Below, piece after piece: positions 36,301-44,444 of a DNA stretch of 61,311 nt. The notes under the pieces were generated by a model. The model saw nothing but the letters and a program-made list of their open reading frames with translations, was not told the origin of the DNA and ran no database searches. Every line of letters starts with the position of its first letter. Position 1 is the first letter of the stretch. Source of the DNA: an uncultured Planctomycetales bacterium (GTDB lineage Bacteria > Omnitrophota > Gorgyraeia > Zapsychrales > Fredricksoniimonadaceae); NCBI GenBank assembly GCA_964583975.1, contig CAZOXU010000011.1:1-61311 (forward strand). The letters are read 5' to 3'. The position numbers and the translations under genes were made by a program.

Positions 36301-38098
36301 TAATGATATTGCCCTGCGCATCTGTGATTGAAAAATTAGAACCTGTCCCTAAAATGATTCCACTGACAGCTCCAGGAGAAGCTAATTGAGTGGCAATCGT
36401 ATCGTTTAAGACGCCAACAACCTCTAATTTTCTATTATTAAGAGCTGTTTCTAACAATGCTCCTGGATTTTTATTTTGAATATCTTGAAGTTCCCAACCT
36501 TTAGCGAGACGTAAAACTGTTGCACCTCCCATAGATTGATGTGACATAGGAAAAGCAAAAGACAAACCAATCTTATAATCTTTCGATGTTTCTAAAGGTA
36601 ATTCCTTAATTTTGGAAGCCACAAAACTAAAAACATCTGCACTAGTTCTCATTTTTAACTCTTCAGGGAATTTTGCGTCTATTTGTTGAATGGTCGTAGG
36701 TTTTTGACCTGGCTGCATCCTTACTAAAACAATCTTTAAATTTGTTCCACTAAAATCAACTCCAATATAATCTCCAGATTCTCTTCCATTCGCAGGTTTA
36801 AAATATGAATTTAAATAACTCACCCCACCCACACCGCTTTTGCCATTTAATGTTGTTATTAAATTTTCCGCAAAAACATTAGACACTCTTCTAATCGATT
36901 CCGTATCCAACTCAAAACTACTTCTCATAGCTAAATCTGTTTTAGATTTCGGAGTCGTGACTCTTATATTAAAAAGACGTCCTTTTGCAGGATTTACGAT
37001 AAATCTAGCTGCATCGTTATCCCTAGGATTACTCGTTTGAGCTAGATCTAATTTTCCAAGCACCCCACCAGAGAAATATTTTCTTGGGATTACCTGTCCA
37101 TTTTGTACGTCTTCCTTAATATAGTTAAATACACCCTTCTTATACGCCTTTAAGTATTCCTTATAAATCTTCTCCTTAATGGTCTTATCTGCAGTGTCCA
37201 CCCCATTAACCTTAGCTTTATTGCTGTAAACTTGATTAAGCAACGCATCTTTAAGATTTTTCTTATACCAAGCTGCTAAAATCATCGAGTGAAAAATTTG
37301 ACGGAGATTAGCAAAATTCTTTCCCGTATTAACTTCTTTTTCCAGCTCAGGAAGAACGATATCGCGAACGATCTGGGATCCTAAATTATTGGTATCTTGG
37401 GCAACCTGATTCACGGTTTGTTTCTGCGAGGCCAAATAATCTTCTTCCAACATCACCTTCAAATGGCTTGCCACAACGAATGCTGTGTTATCATGCACAA
37501 AAACTTTAGCCTTATCAGCCACAATCCATACCTTATTAAATGTATTTACTGGAATCTCAGTTGATCCATAGAGTGCCTGAGCTTTAGCGTAAACCTTGTT
37601 CCAAAACGCCTTGCCTAATTCTTTCTCGGGATAGATCAATGATGCTGTTAATTGCTTGAGGATATAGTCTTGGGCCAGCATGTCACGTCCCATATCGGTC
37701 TGTCCTAATTCATTAGGAATAATGCGGTCTTTTTCATAAGGTGAAAGGTTAACCCATAAATTTTCTTCGGGAATGGTTAACGAAGCTAAAAAATATTTGA
37801 TGAGCTTTTCAGATTCTGTTTTTAATTGCTCTTGACCGTTGGACAAACCTGAATTTCCTGTATCCACAATAAAATCAAATAAGATGGGGTTCTCTGGATG
37901 AACGCGCAAGCCCTTAACCATCATAGGCACATAATTCTCGGTTAAACTGATCATGGTACCTGGTATGGGAAGACCCAATTCTGCGGGAGATTGAGCTAGA
38001 GCTCGAACTGGAGAAAGAAAGCTAACAATAAAACATACATTAATAACAATTGTTAAACAACGAAAAGCAAACGATTCTTTTTGTCGAGGATTCAACAT
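33305..38098 (-). CDS. Giant modular exoprotein 1 (1,597 aa): signal peptide, shared N-module, hexokinase domain, 3x repeat, UDP-sugar pyrophosphorylase-like domain, small module, shared C-module
   Basis: Uninterrupted 4.8-kb ORF. Its N- and C-terminal modules are homologous to the 54890..61311 ORF. Domain motifs are listed in the sub-features and findings. Confidence 0.88.
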   Translation of the reverse strand: MLNPRQKESFAFRCLTIVINVCFIVSFLSPVRALAQSPAELGLPIPGTMISLTENYVPMMVKGLRVHPENPILFDFIVDTGNSGLSNGQEQLKTESEKLIKYFLASLTIPEENLWVNLSPYEKDRIIPNELGQTDMGRDMLAQDYILKQLTASLIYPEKELGKAFWNKVYAKAQALYGSTEIPVNTFNKVWIVADKAKVFVHDNTAFVVASHLKVMLEEDYLASQKQTVNQVAQDTNNLGSQIVRDIVLPELEKEVNTGKNFANLRQIFHSMILAAWYKKNLKDALLNQVYSNKAKVNGVDTADKTIKEKIYKEYLKAYKKGVFNYIKEDVQNGQVIPRKYFSGGVLGKLDLAQTSNPRDNDAARFIVNPAKGRLFNIRVTTPKSKTDLAMRSSFELDTESIRRVSNVFAENLITTLNGKSGVGGVSYLNSYFKPANGRESGDYIGVDFSGTNLKIVLVRMQPGQKPTTIQQIDAKFPEELKMRTSADVFSFVASKIKELPLETSKDYKIGLSFAFPMSHQSMGGATVLRLAKGWELQDIQNKNPGALLETALNNRKLEVVGVLNDTIATQLASPGAVSGIILGTGSNFSITDAQGNIINLEAGSTNNIPESLRTESDEVVLRDSEPQGKQMFEKMISGKYLVQLLRENIRNLAKSAKEGNYLQIAQSSKWDDLESVLLGKLAIANDKLELISLIKEYLGEDISVSEAEAFEMQNISQTLLKRSGLLLGSAIAQVLKNVTVSGKKKIVIDGSVYWKNELVKQGFEEALKLEGFTPEDVEIVKVENASAVGAAVAAAVASRLLNEGDIDGGDVPNTSVTEDIWQQAENVGLSRGRLLLEFQRRQSMAGAADLRSFVLAKITTVRNKILQPASEMKDLEMEGIWQQAEGAGLQRGKLLEVFRAIQSTGNNNLQAFVQERTVEAKASGRPKSIEEVSQNVRERITEIAERDDLNANTLLGDFYQWQSEGGTNIGDFLRVRNLDRAMVGKPIASLEKALSDKVISVKASIQPLLDAYYQAVTTNNVDEVKRLDGEINKIVDGSNIYAQSKADDLKLADDVVSLSSFLSSDQAAEFQQHAKNTLLNGAYIPQFIFAGAATRLKRGPMYGLDIWELAQELGKASATDAKLRLGMGPRQILAYRLAIEQLAKDNKRNIQEVLTQQKIIVNVNADIEKDVLEDFIRNNFYGFSPANIFFVVQPTFHGFKFNNGVLEFDPNSPTVPYGHGHNFMQLAENGQAFRLDSQGQRKYITGALIDEFSDFEVISSHRINDLTKFSKDSVVSIDKIAFALAQIDRGYGVVGELVNNPSKQKGGNVLKNTKTGRSFLIETSNVKASPALVGLLDEAGKKGAPYNAFRLVYAVDKLRTILKNQLPFNLRFKDGYFYLEAVTGDVTQLPSTKAAFVSSGEDIHDLKEPKNIDDGVAFLKRSDEELIQSGLIKDGKFNSDAAMVGTNTIPSSVQINPRVFQIGDHVSIINKTGRNIALEDFFEAFRVKYGLTRGDTVRLDNVEIEINASGTIKFSDNAMATKNDDTKGGIDLNSKNMKIDVDGQKIDIRFDPAMIKQFQAGDFSGVRPVILNITPIVDMRPLLGLVPGREELLAKV
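33899..34921 (-). other. UDPGP/UAP-like nucleotide-sugar pyrophosphorylase domain within giant protein 1
   Basis: FAGAATRLKRGPMYG (compare AGGQGTRLG), VPYGHGHNF (compare P-x-G-x-G) and NPSKQKGGNVL (the K-GG region). Residues ~1060-1400. Confidence 0.55.
35699..36901 (-). other. Hexokinase-family (actin-fold sugar kinase) domain within giant protein 1
   Basis: Ordered motifs IGVDFSGTNLKIVLV, GLSFAFP, LAKGW, VLNDTIAT, ILGTGSN, NLEAGS, QMFEKMISGKYL, IDGSVY and ASAVGAAVAAAVA (residues ~400-800). Confidence 0.85.
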
Positions 38099-38257
38099 TC
38101 ATAATCTCCATAAAATAGATTCATAAATGGGAAAAACTAAGAACTAATTAAATATGCTGAAAGTATAACATACTCTTATCAAAAATCCAACCTATGGACT
38201 ATTCATAATAAGATGTAAAGTATTGAAATATAACATCTTATAGAAATATCAATTAAA

Positions 38258-39826
38258 TTATAAGAGTTTATTTAAATTGTCGCGCGCAGGGATATAGTTA
38301 GGATTAATTCCTAAGGCTGACTTCAAAATAGCTTCTGCTTGGACCTTCTCTCCTTTAAGAATATGACATACCGCCACATTATTAAGCAAAACTACATCTT
38401 TCGGGGTTATGCCTAAGGCTTTATTAAGAGCATCAATTGCTTCATCCAAACGTCCATTTTGCATATAAATGCTAGATAAATCAGAATAAATTTCTTTGAT
38501 ATACCCCAAATAAAAATCTCGGGCCTTCTCATTGCTGGCTTTCTTTACATAGGTCTGCATGATTGCAAGGGCTCTTTGGTAAGAAACGATGGCAGCATCG
38601 TATTGCTTATCACCATAATAAGTCTTAGCTAAAAGAATATGCCCCCGAGCAAATTTATTCTCATAAGCCATGGTCCGTTCAAATAAAATTACCTGACTCC
38701 TCCAAAAAGTGTTTTGGTAAATGGCTAAACCCATTAAATAAACACAAATCATCACACTCAACCCTAAAATCATTTTAGGAGATGTGATACGTTTAAGAAC
38801 TATGGCCAAGACCAACACAATACCTACCATCGGTAGATAAAGAAAATGTTCGGCTGTTAAAATCAAAGAATACTCATTAATGAGAGGCACTATATTTAAT
38901 ACAGGAAAAAGACAAACAATAAACCAAAGTAGACCAAATACGATATCTTTTCGAGTATCAACAAATTTCCTTATAAAAATGTACAAACTAGCTGCCAGTA
39001 TCCCTAAACCTAAGAAGCCACCCCGAGGGTCTGCGAGAATATCGGTGTTACGATAATAATGAAGATCATTTGGCAAAATCAACAAACGTAGATACATGAC
39101 AATGGTATTAGGAATCGAAAGAAGTCTTAAATAAAACTCTTTGGGAGAAGCAAGGATATCATCTATCAAATGTGAACCGCTCACTACCTGACGAAGTATT
39201 AGAAATCCTACGGTTAAAATAGTAAAAATCAACCACATCACAAAACGGTCTTTTTTGTTCCTATACCAATCGATCAGAACAATCAAAGGCAATACAATAA
39301 TAGCCTGCTCCTTGGTTAGAAGAGCAAAAACAAAATAGACACAAGTTAATATAGGACGTTGTTGAAGATATCCTCGTAAAGTGAGTAATATAAAAAATGT
39401 ACAGGCTAAATTAGAAAATCCTGATATGCATGCGACCGCTTCTGTTTGTATAGGATGAATTAAAAATAACAAACTGATCCCAAAGGTCATCATCTGGGAG
39501 AATTTCAAGGTCCTTAATAACGAGCATAATAAAAGACCATTGAAAAGATGAACGATCACATTGACGCTATGAAAATAGAACGCATTAAACCCAAAGAAAT
39601 AATATTGCAGACGGTTAAGAAATTCTAAGAACGGCCTATAGTACGAATTAAGTCCAGATCCTAGCGCTGCACTATTATTGGGTTGGAAAAAGATCTCAGA
39701 TAAGTTTAAACCACTAATTTGAGTATTTTGGAGAATAAAAATAATATCATCGTGAACGAACGGATGATTGAGGGCGTTAAAGAAAACTAAAAATGTAGCC
39801 GTCGCAAGAATCAGAAGCAAAGGCAT
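38258..39826 (-). CDS. TMTC-like polytopic membrane protein with C-terminal TPR repeats (GT-C-fold protein O-glycosyltransferase-like, DUF1736 type)
   Basis: N-terminal FNALNHPFVHDDIIFILQN motif typical of TMTC-type proteins, about 10 TM helices and then TPR repeats (AKTYYGDKQYDAAIVSYQRAL...). Confidence 0.68.
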   Translation of the reverse strand: MPLLLILATATFLVFFNALNHPFVHDDIIFILQNTQISGLNLSEIFFQPNNSAALGSGLNSYYRPFLEFLNRLQYYFFGFNAFYFHSVNVIVHLFNGLLLCSLLRTLKFSQMMTFGISLLFLIHPIQTEAVACISGFSNLACTFFILLTLRGYLQQRPILTCVYFVFALLTKEQAIIVLPLIVLIDWYRNKKDRFVMWLIFTILTVGFLILRQVVSGSHLIDDILASPKEFYLRLLSIPNTIVMYLRLLILPNDLHYYRNTDILADPRGGFLGLGILAASLYIFIRKFVDTRKDIVFGLLWFIVCLFPVLNIVPLINEYSLILTAEHFLYLPMVGIVLVLAIVLKRITSPKMILGLSVMICVYLMGLAIYQNTFWRSQVILFERTMAYENKFARGHILLAKTYYGDKQYDAAIVSYQRALAIMQTYVKKASNEKARDFYLGYIKEIYSDLSSIYMQNGRLDEAIDALNKALGITPKDVVLLNNVAVCHILKGEKVQAEAILKSALGINPNYIPARDNLNKLL

Positions 39827-39828
39827 TA

Positions 39829-40182
39829 TTATGAGGCAAATTCAGTTTTTAGTTTGGCTGTATTAGCTTTAATTTCTTCAAATTGACCATCAATGGTTTT
39901 GGTTAAATCAACCATCCCATCGGTGCTATTGGCCCTGGCTAACTGTTCAAGTTTAAGACACGAATCATACATACGTTTAGCTGAAATATTTCCAGAAGCA
40001 CCTTTCATGGAATGAGCCACCTCTTTGATCTTAGTAAAATCGCTGGCTGAGACTGCCTCTCCCAGATCTTTGCGCTTATTTACAAAATCCTCGATATAAA
40101 TATCTAGTAACTCTAAAAGCAATTCTTTGTCATCCTGGACTCTGTCTAACACATCTTTTAAATCAATGATATCTTCTGCCAT
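39829..40182 (-). CDS. Histidine phosphotransfer (Hpt) protein
   Basis: 117 aa with the HSMKGASGNISA phospho-His motif. Confidence 0.8.
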   Translation of the reverse strand: MAEDIIDLKDVLDRVQDDKELLLELLDIYIEDFVNKRKDLGEAVSASDFTKIKEVAHSMKGASGNISAKRMYDSCLKLEQLARANSTDGMVDLTKTIDGQFEEIKANTAKLKTEFAS

Positions 40183-40186
40183 AACA

Positions 40187-41788
40187 TTACCCTTTCAATC
40201 TTTGAGATACTAAGGTTACTATTTCATTATAAAGCAAACTGCGATCAATTGGTTTTGATACATAACCATCCATTCCACCTGCTATATAACGCTCACGATC
40301 ACCAGCCATGGCATTAGCCGTCATGGCAATAATCGGGATATGTAAACCTGTCTGTTTCTCTTCTCGACGAATAACTTGGGTTGCAGCTACGCCATCTAAA
40401 ACAGGCATGTGATCATCCATCAAAATAACATCAAAAGATTGCTTAGCAAGAAGGTCTAAAACTTCTTGTCCGTTAGTGACTGCTGTCACCTGCCAACCAA
40501 ATTTCTCTAAGGTCTTCATCGCCACCCGTTGGTTAACCATATTGTCTTCGGCTAACAAGATGCGTATATTCTTCACTTCTTCGGGGATAGATTCACCGTC
40601 TACAGCTTTCCTTGTATCTGACTGCGATTTCTTATTAAGCTCTGGATTAAAACCAAAAATAATGGTGAAACGAAATGTACTGCCTTTACCTTCAATGCTT
40701 TCCACCACAATCGATCCACGCATCATCTCGACAAGTTTTTTGCAAATCGCTAACCCTAACCCAGTTCCCCCATAACGACGGGCCGTAGTATTATGGGCTT
40801 CTGTAAAAACGTCAAAAATAGTGTCTAAGTTCTTCTTAGGGATACCAATTCCCTGATCGATCACATCAAACTTAACCACACAATCTTTTTCAGAAATAGA
40901 TTCCATTTTCACAATAACTTCAACCTTACCCTTGTGTGTAAACTTCACTGCGTTGCTGACTAAATTAACCAAAATCTGACGAAGCCTGACCGGATCTCCC
41001 ATTAAAATACGTGGAATTTGCGGATCAATAGTCCAAACCAGATCGATTTGTTTATTGCGAGCTAAAACAGCCAGACCTTTGCAAATATTTTTAATAATGT
41101 CTGGAACTTGAATCTCCATCTCTTCAATAACCACCTTGCCTGCTTCGGCACGAGAAAGGTCCAAAATATCATTAATGAGACTTAAAAGATTCTGAGCTGA
41201 ATCCTTAGCAACCACCAAATTATCTTTTTGTTCCTCGGATAAAGCAGTATCTAGCGTTAAATCCAACATCCCAATGACCGCATTCATAGGTGTACGAACT
41301 TCATGCGACATCTTGGCTAGAAATACACTCTTAGCATGATTCGCTTCTTCAGCGATCAATTTGGCTTGGACTAATTCTTGTTCGGCTAGTTTTTGCTTAG
41401 ATATGTCGTAGAGAATACCGATGGAACCAACAATATCTCCCTTGCTGTTCTTAAGGACGGCAACAGAAGCGTTGATATCTAATAAGGAACCATCCCGACG
41501 AATGACCTGGGTATTGATATCAGAAAGCATGCCCTTCTTGCGGATATCTAACGCTCGGATACGTTTCCATTCTACTTCGGGGTAAAGATCTTGGACGGGT
41601 TTGTTGAAAAGATCACTGCCACTCATTCCAAACATTCGCTCTGCCATCTGATTCCAAGCGACGATGCGTTCTTGAGCATCGGTCACCGTGATAGCTGAGG
41701 GAGAGTTTTCGAAAATAATTCGAAACATCTCCTTCGACTGCAAAACATCATCGTCTATCTGGTTTTGAGCGCTTTTTTTATGGATCAT
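40187..41788 (-). CDS. Hybrid sensor histidine kinase (PAS - HisKA - HATPase_c - REC)
   Basis: PAS region, H-box MSHEVRTPMNAV, N/G boxes (NLVSNAVKFT, DQGIGI, GGTGLGLAI) and a C-terminal receiver (ILLAEDN...ILMDDHMPVLDG...KP). Confidence 0.9.
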   Translation of the reverse strand: MIHKKSAQNQIDDDVLQSKEMFRIIFENSPSAITVTDAQERIVAWNQMAERMFGMSGSDLFNKPVQDLYPEVEWKRIRALDIRKKGMLSDINTQVIRRDGSLLDINASVAVLKNSKGDIVGSIGILYDISKQKLAEQELVQAKLIAEEANHAKSVFLAKMSHEVRTPMNAVIGMLDLTLDTALSEEQKDNLVVAKDSAQNLLSLINDILDLSRAEAGKVVIEEMEIQVPDIIKNICKGLAVLARNKQIDLVWTIDPQIPRILMGDPVRLRQILVNLVSNAVKFTHKGKVEVIVKMESISEKDCVVKFDVIDQGIGIPKKNLDTIFDVFTEAHNTTARRYGGTGLGLAICKKLVEMMRGSIVVESIEGKGSTFRFTIIFGFNPELNKKSQSDTRKAVDGESIPEEVKNIRILLAEDNMVNQRVAMKTLEKFGWQVTAVTNGQEVLDLLAKQSFDVILMDDHMPVLDGVAATQVIRREEKQTGLHIPIIAMTANAMAGDRERYIAGGMDGYVSKPIDRSLLYNEIVTLVSQRLKG

Positions 41789-41867
41789 AATTTGAGCATT
41801 AATCTATTTCCAATTTGACTCATCATATCATTGAAATTACAACCCAACAAACACAGATACAAACTTT

Positions 41868-42476
41868 TTAACGTTCAAACTTAACAACATTTTGCCACCA
41901 GGAATGGCTGTCCCATTTTAAAGCAGCCTTCCAAAGGGCTTTGGCTGTCCGAGTTTTAAGATGACTAGGCGCTCGGTTGAAAAATGTTTTAGCAACCGGA
42001 TAACCATTATCTAAATATTCTTTGGCCTGAATGAGGCATTCTAAAATATCCGCGTCGCGAGCCACGATACTTTCACGGGTCTTTTGTTGATCATACGATT
42101 TGCGCAAATCAGAAAGAGCAGCTTTAAACTTGACGTTGAGATCTTTGATTTGGTCTGCAAAAACCTTTTGTTCGGCGTTACGAAAATCAATATAGTAGTG
42201 ACCCATTTTATGTAAATCATTAATACGAGCTTCATGTATGTCATTAAATAGAGTCATGGCAACCACCTTGGCAGGATCAACACCTTCACAAAAGGCAATG
42301 TAATAGCCAATCACCGCACAGCGAAAACAATGCTCGGCCACGGTTTCAGGATTTTCAATACCAGCCACCCACCAGCCACTTCGTTTGACTCTCTTTAATA
42401 AGCCTGCTTCGGCAAAGAAATTAAGAGCGTTGACGGACGATTTCGTAGCAGAAGATGCTCGATGCGTGCGCGACAT
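41868..42476 (-). CDS. HD-domain phosphohydrolase (YfbR-like)
   Basis: LKRVKRSGWWVAGIENPETVAEHCFR and NDIHEARINDL motifs. The start is uncertain (ATG at 42476 or 42494), and either start overlaps the upstream gene by 56-74 nt. Confidence 0.72.
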   Translation of the reverse strand: MSRTHRASSATKSSVNALNFFAEAGLLKRVKRSGWWVAGIENPETVAEHCFRCAVIGYYIAFCEGVDPAKVVAMTLFNDIHEARINDLHKMGHYYIDFRNAEQKVFADQIKDLNVKFKAALSDLRKSYDQQKTRESIVARDADILECLIQAKEYLDNGYPVAKTFFNRAPSHLKTRTAKALWKAALKWDSHSWWQNVVKFER

Positions 42477-43137
42477 TAAGCGACATCCTTTCATGTTTCA
42501 TAGGGATCACAACTTCCTGATCCAATCTTTTTCTAATAATTTCCCGCACCCCTTTGTCTTCTGATCCTAAAACCAAGCCTAAAGGAAACTGTAACTTAAC
42601 ATCAAATACCGATTTGCCTTCCTTAGTTGAGGTGCCCATGATCCAAAAGCCAAGTTTCTTGGCTTTTTCAATAGCATTACCTAAATTTGATACGCGAGCA
42701 ACTGTGACAAAATTATCGCCTCCACAGGCCACCCTTAGAACTGTTTCTGTCACTCCTACTGATTCTGTAGTTGGCAATACAATGGCAAAACCACCCAAAC
42801 TGCCACAGGTACGCATAATTCCACCAAGATTTTGAGGGTCGGTCAAATTATCCAAGAAAATAACTGACCATCGTTTATCAATAGCCATTGGCAATAAATC
42901 ATCAATATTCATATAAGGAAATTCGTCAACTTCGGCAATGATTCCCTGACTATTCAAATTACGAGCAAGCTTCTGGATTTTGGTATAGGGCACAGCTGAA
43001 ACAGCGAAGCCAAATTGTTTGCCTTTCATATGGATATAAGATGATTCGCTGTGTCCCTGTTCAATGAGGACCATTTTAATACTTTTGGGATTAGTTTTAA
43101 TTCTCTCTAAAACTGGATTCTTTCCGTAGAGTTTCAT
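42421..43137 (-). CDS. RlmB-like 23S rRNA 2'-O-methyltransferase (SpoU family)
   Basis: The start is set at MKLYGKNPVLERIK. SpoU motifs TDPQNLGGIMRTC, LGSEDKGV and IPMKHERMSLNVA. Confidence 0.85.
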   Translation of the reverse strand: MKLYGKNPVLERIKTNPKSIKMVLIEQGHSESSYIHMKGKQFGFAVSAVPYTKIQKLARNLNSQGIIAEVDEFPYMNIDDLLPMAIDKRWSVIFLDNLTDPQNLGGIMRTCGSLGGFAIVLPTTESVGVTETVLRVACGGDNFVTVARVSNLGNAIEKAKKLGFWIMGTSTKEGKSVFDVKLQFPLGLVLGSEDKGVREIIRKRLDQEVVIPMKHERMSLNVAHASSIFCYEIVRQRS

Positions 43138-43145
43138 AAATTCCT

Positions 43146-43883
43146 TTATTTTTTGATGCCTAATTTCAAATAAAACAATGGTTTTAAAATGCTCCACCAG
43201 CTAATTAACGGAGTCATTTTTGTATACCCACCTAATTGTTTGGGCGGATAGATCTTGGTTACAAACGCTTCCTTAAATTTAAATTTAAGTGTAACAACCT
43301 TCCAAAGAATATAGGGTTCGAGCTCATAGGTATTCAACCATTCCTGGCGCAAATTAATACGTGGATCATCAAAGATTGAAAGGCGGATTGCACGAAAACC
43401 ATTGGTCGTATCCGTTACCTTGCGTCCAGTTAAAATTGAAAATACCCATGGATGAAGACGTGTGGCTAATTTTCTATAAAACGGCATCTGTCCTCCCGAG
43501 CCAACCTTACCTAAATAACGCGACCCTTGGATCAAATCATAGCCTTCATTGATAATAGGCCCAATAACTACAGGAATTTCTTGTGGGTTATCCTTATCAT
43601 TGCCAGCCATAATAACAATAATATCATAGTTGGCGCTACGTCCATGCTCAATGGCGGTACGAATAGCTGCCCCAACCCCGCTACGTTTAGCATGCTTGAT
43701 TGTCTGCACACCACGGTCTTTATATTCAGCAATCATTTCGGTTGTGCCATCATCAGAACCATCATCTACAATCAAATAGTCCATCTTGCCCAAGAAACCA
43801 GTCTTGAGAAATCTCTCGATGACACTACGTAATTTGACTTGCTCATTAAAAGCTACAGGACAGACCAAAATTTTAGAAGCCAT
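43146..43883 (-). CDS. Family 2 glycosyltransferase (polyprenyl-phosphate sugar synthase-like, DPM1/ArnC type)
   Basis: ILVCPVAFNE, the IVDDGSDDGT DxD region, and a size and single C-terminal hydrophobic region typical of the type. Confidence 0.82.
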   Translation of the reverse strand: MASKILVCPVAFNEQVKLRSVIERFLKTGFLGKMDYLIVDDGSDDGTTEMIAEYKDRGVQTIKHAKRSGVGAAIRTAIEHGRSANYDIIVIMAGNDKDNPQEIPVVIGPIINEGYDLIQGSRYLGKVGSGGQMPFYRKLATRLHPWVFSILTGRKVTDTTNGFRAIRLSIFDDPRINLRQEWLNTYELEPYILWKVVTLKFKFKEAFVTKIYPPKQLGGYTKMTPLISWWSILKPLFYLKLGIKK

Positions 43884-43886
43884 AAA

Positions 43887-44444
43887 TCAATTCTTAGGAA
43901 TTAAATGATTTTTGTCGATTGAATAGCTTAACCCACAGCTACAAAACAAATCATCATTGAGTTTGCGGCCACAACGACAGGCATATCCAATCAATTGGGC
44001 AGGGTTACCAACAACAATAGTATACGCAGCAACATTCTTGGTCACCACACAACCAGCACCTATCACCGCATACTCTTCGATCGTGACGCCACACAGAATG
44101 GTAGAATTGGCCCCCAAGGTCGACCCTTTTTTAACCATGGTTTTTTCTAAAACCCAGGCATCTTTGCGATTGCTGCGAGGATAGCGATCATTGATGAAGG
44201 TGGTATGGGCTCCAATAAAAACATCATCTTCAATAGTTACACCATTAAACACTTCCACGCCATTTTTTATTGTCACATGATTGCCAATAACGGCGCCTGA
44301 CTCGATGAAACAACCATCGCAAATGTTGCAATGTTCGCCAATCACAGCTCCTTCGAGCACATTGGCAAAAGCCCAGATGCGCGTGTGATCACCAATCTTA
44401 GCTTTAGGATGGACAAGGGCGTTTTCATGTTTGAAGAAACTCAT
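43887..44444 (-). CDS. Hexapeptide-repeat sugar N-acetyltransferase (WbpD/WlbB-like)
   Basis: Left-handed beta-helix repeats throughout. The N-terminus [23 protein letters not shown] resembles WbpD-type enzymes. It lies adjacent to a WbpB-like oxidoreductase. Confidence 0.75.
   Translation of the reverse strand: MSFFKHENALVHPKAKIGDHTRIWAFANVLEGAVIGEHCNICDGCFIESGAVIGNHVTIKNGVEVFNGVTIEDDVFIGAHTTFINDRYPRSNRKDAWVLEKTMVKKGSTLGANSTILCGVTIEEYAVIGAGCVVTKNVAAYTIVVGNPAQLIGYACRCGRKLNDDLFCSCGLSYSIDKNHLIPKN

Noticed and set aside
38210-38239. AT-rich inverted repeat AAGATGT-N16-ACATCTT upstream of giant gene 1, as an operator or terminator
   Set aside because: A 7-bp AT-rich stem with a 16-nt loop is expected fairly often in AT-rich spacers, and there is no supporting T-run or second copy.
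41789-41867. Candidate promoter (TTGTTG-17-TATGAT on the minus strand) upstream of the hybrid kinase
   Set aside because: The -35 match is poor and several alternative hexamers fit in this AT-rich spacer. It is not distinguishable from background by eye.
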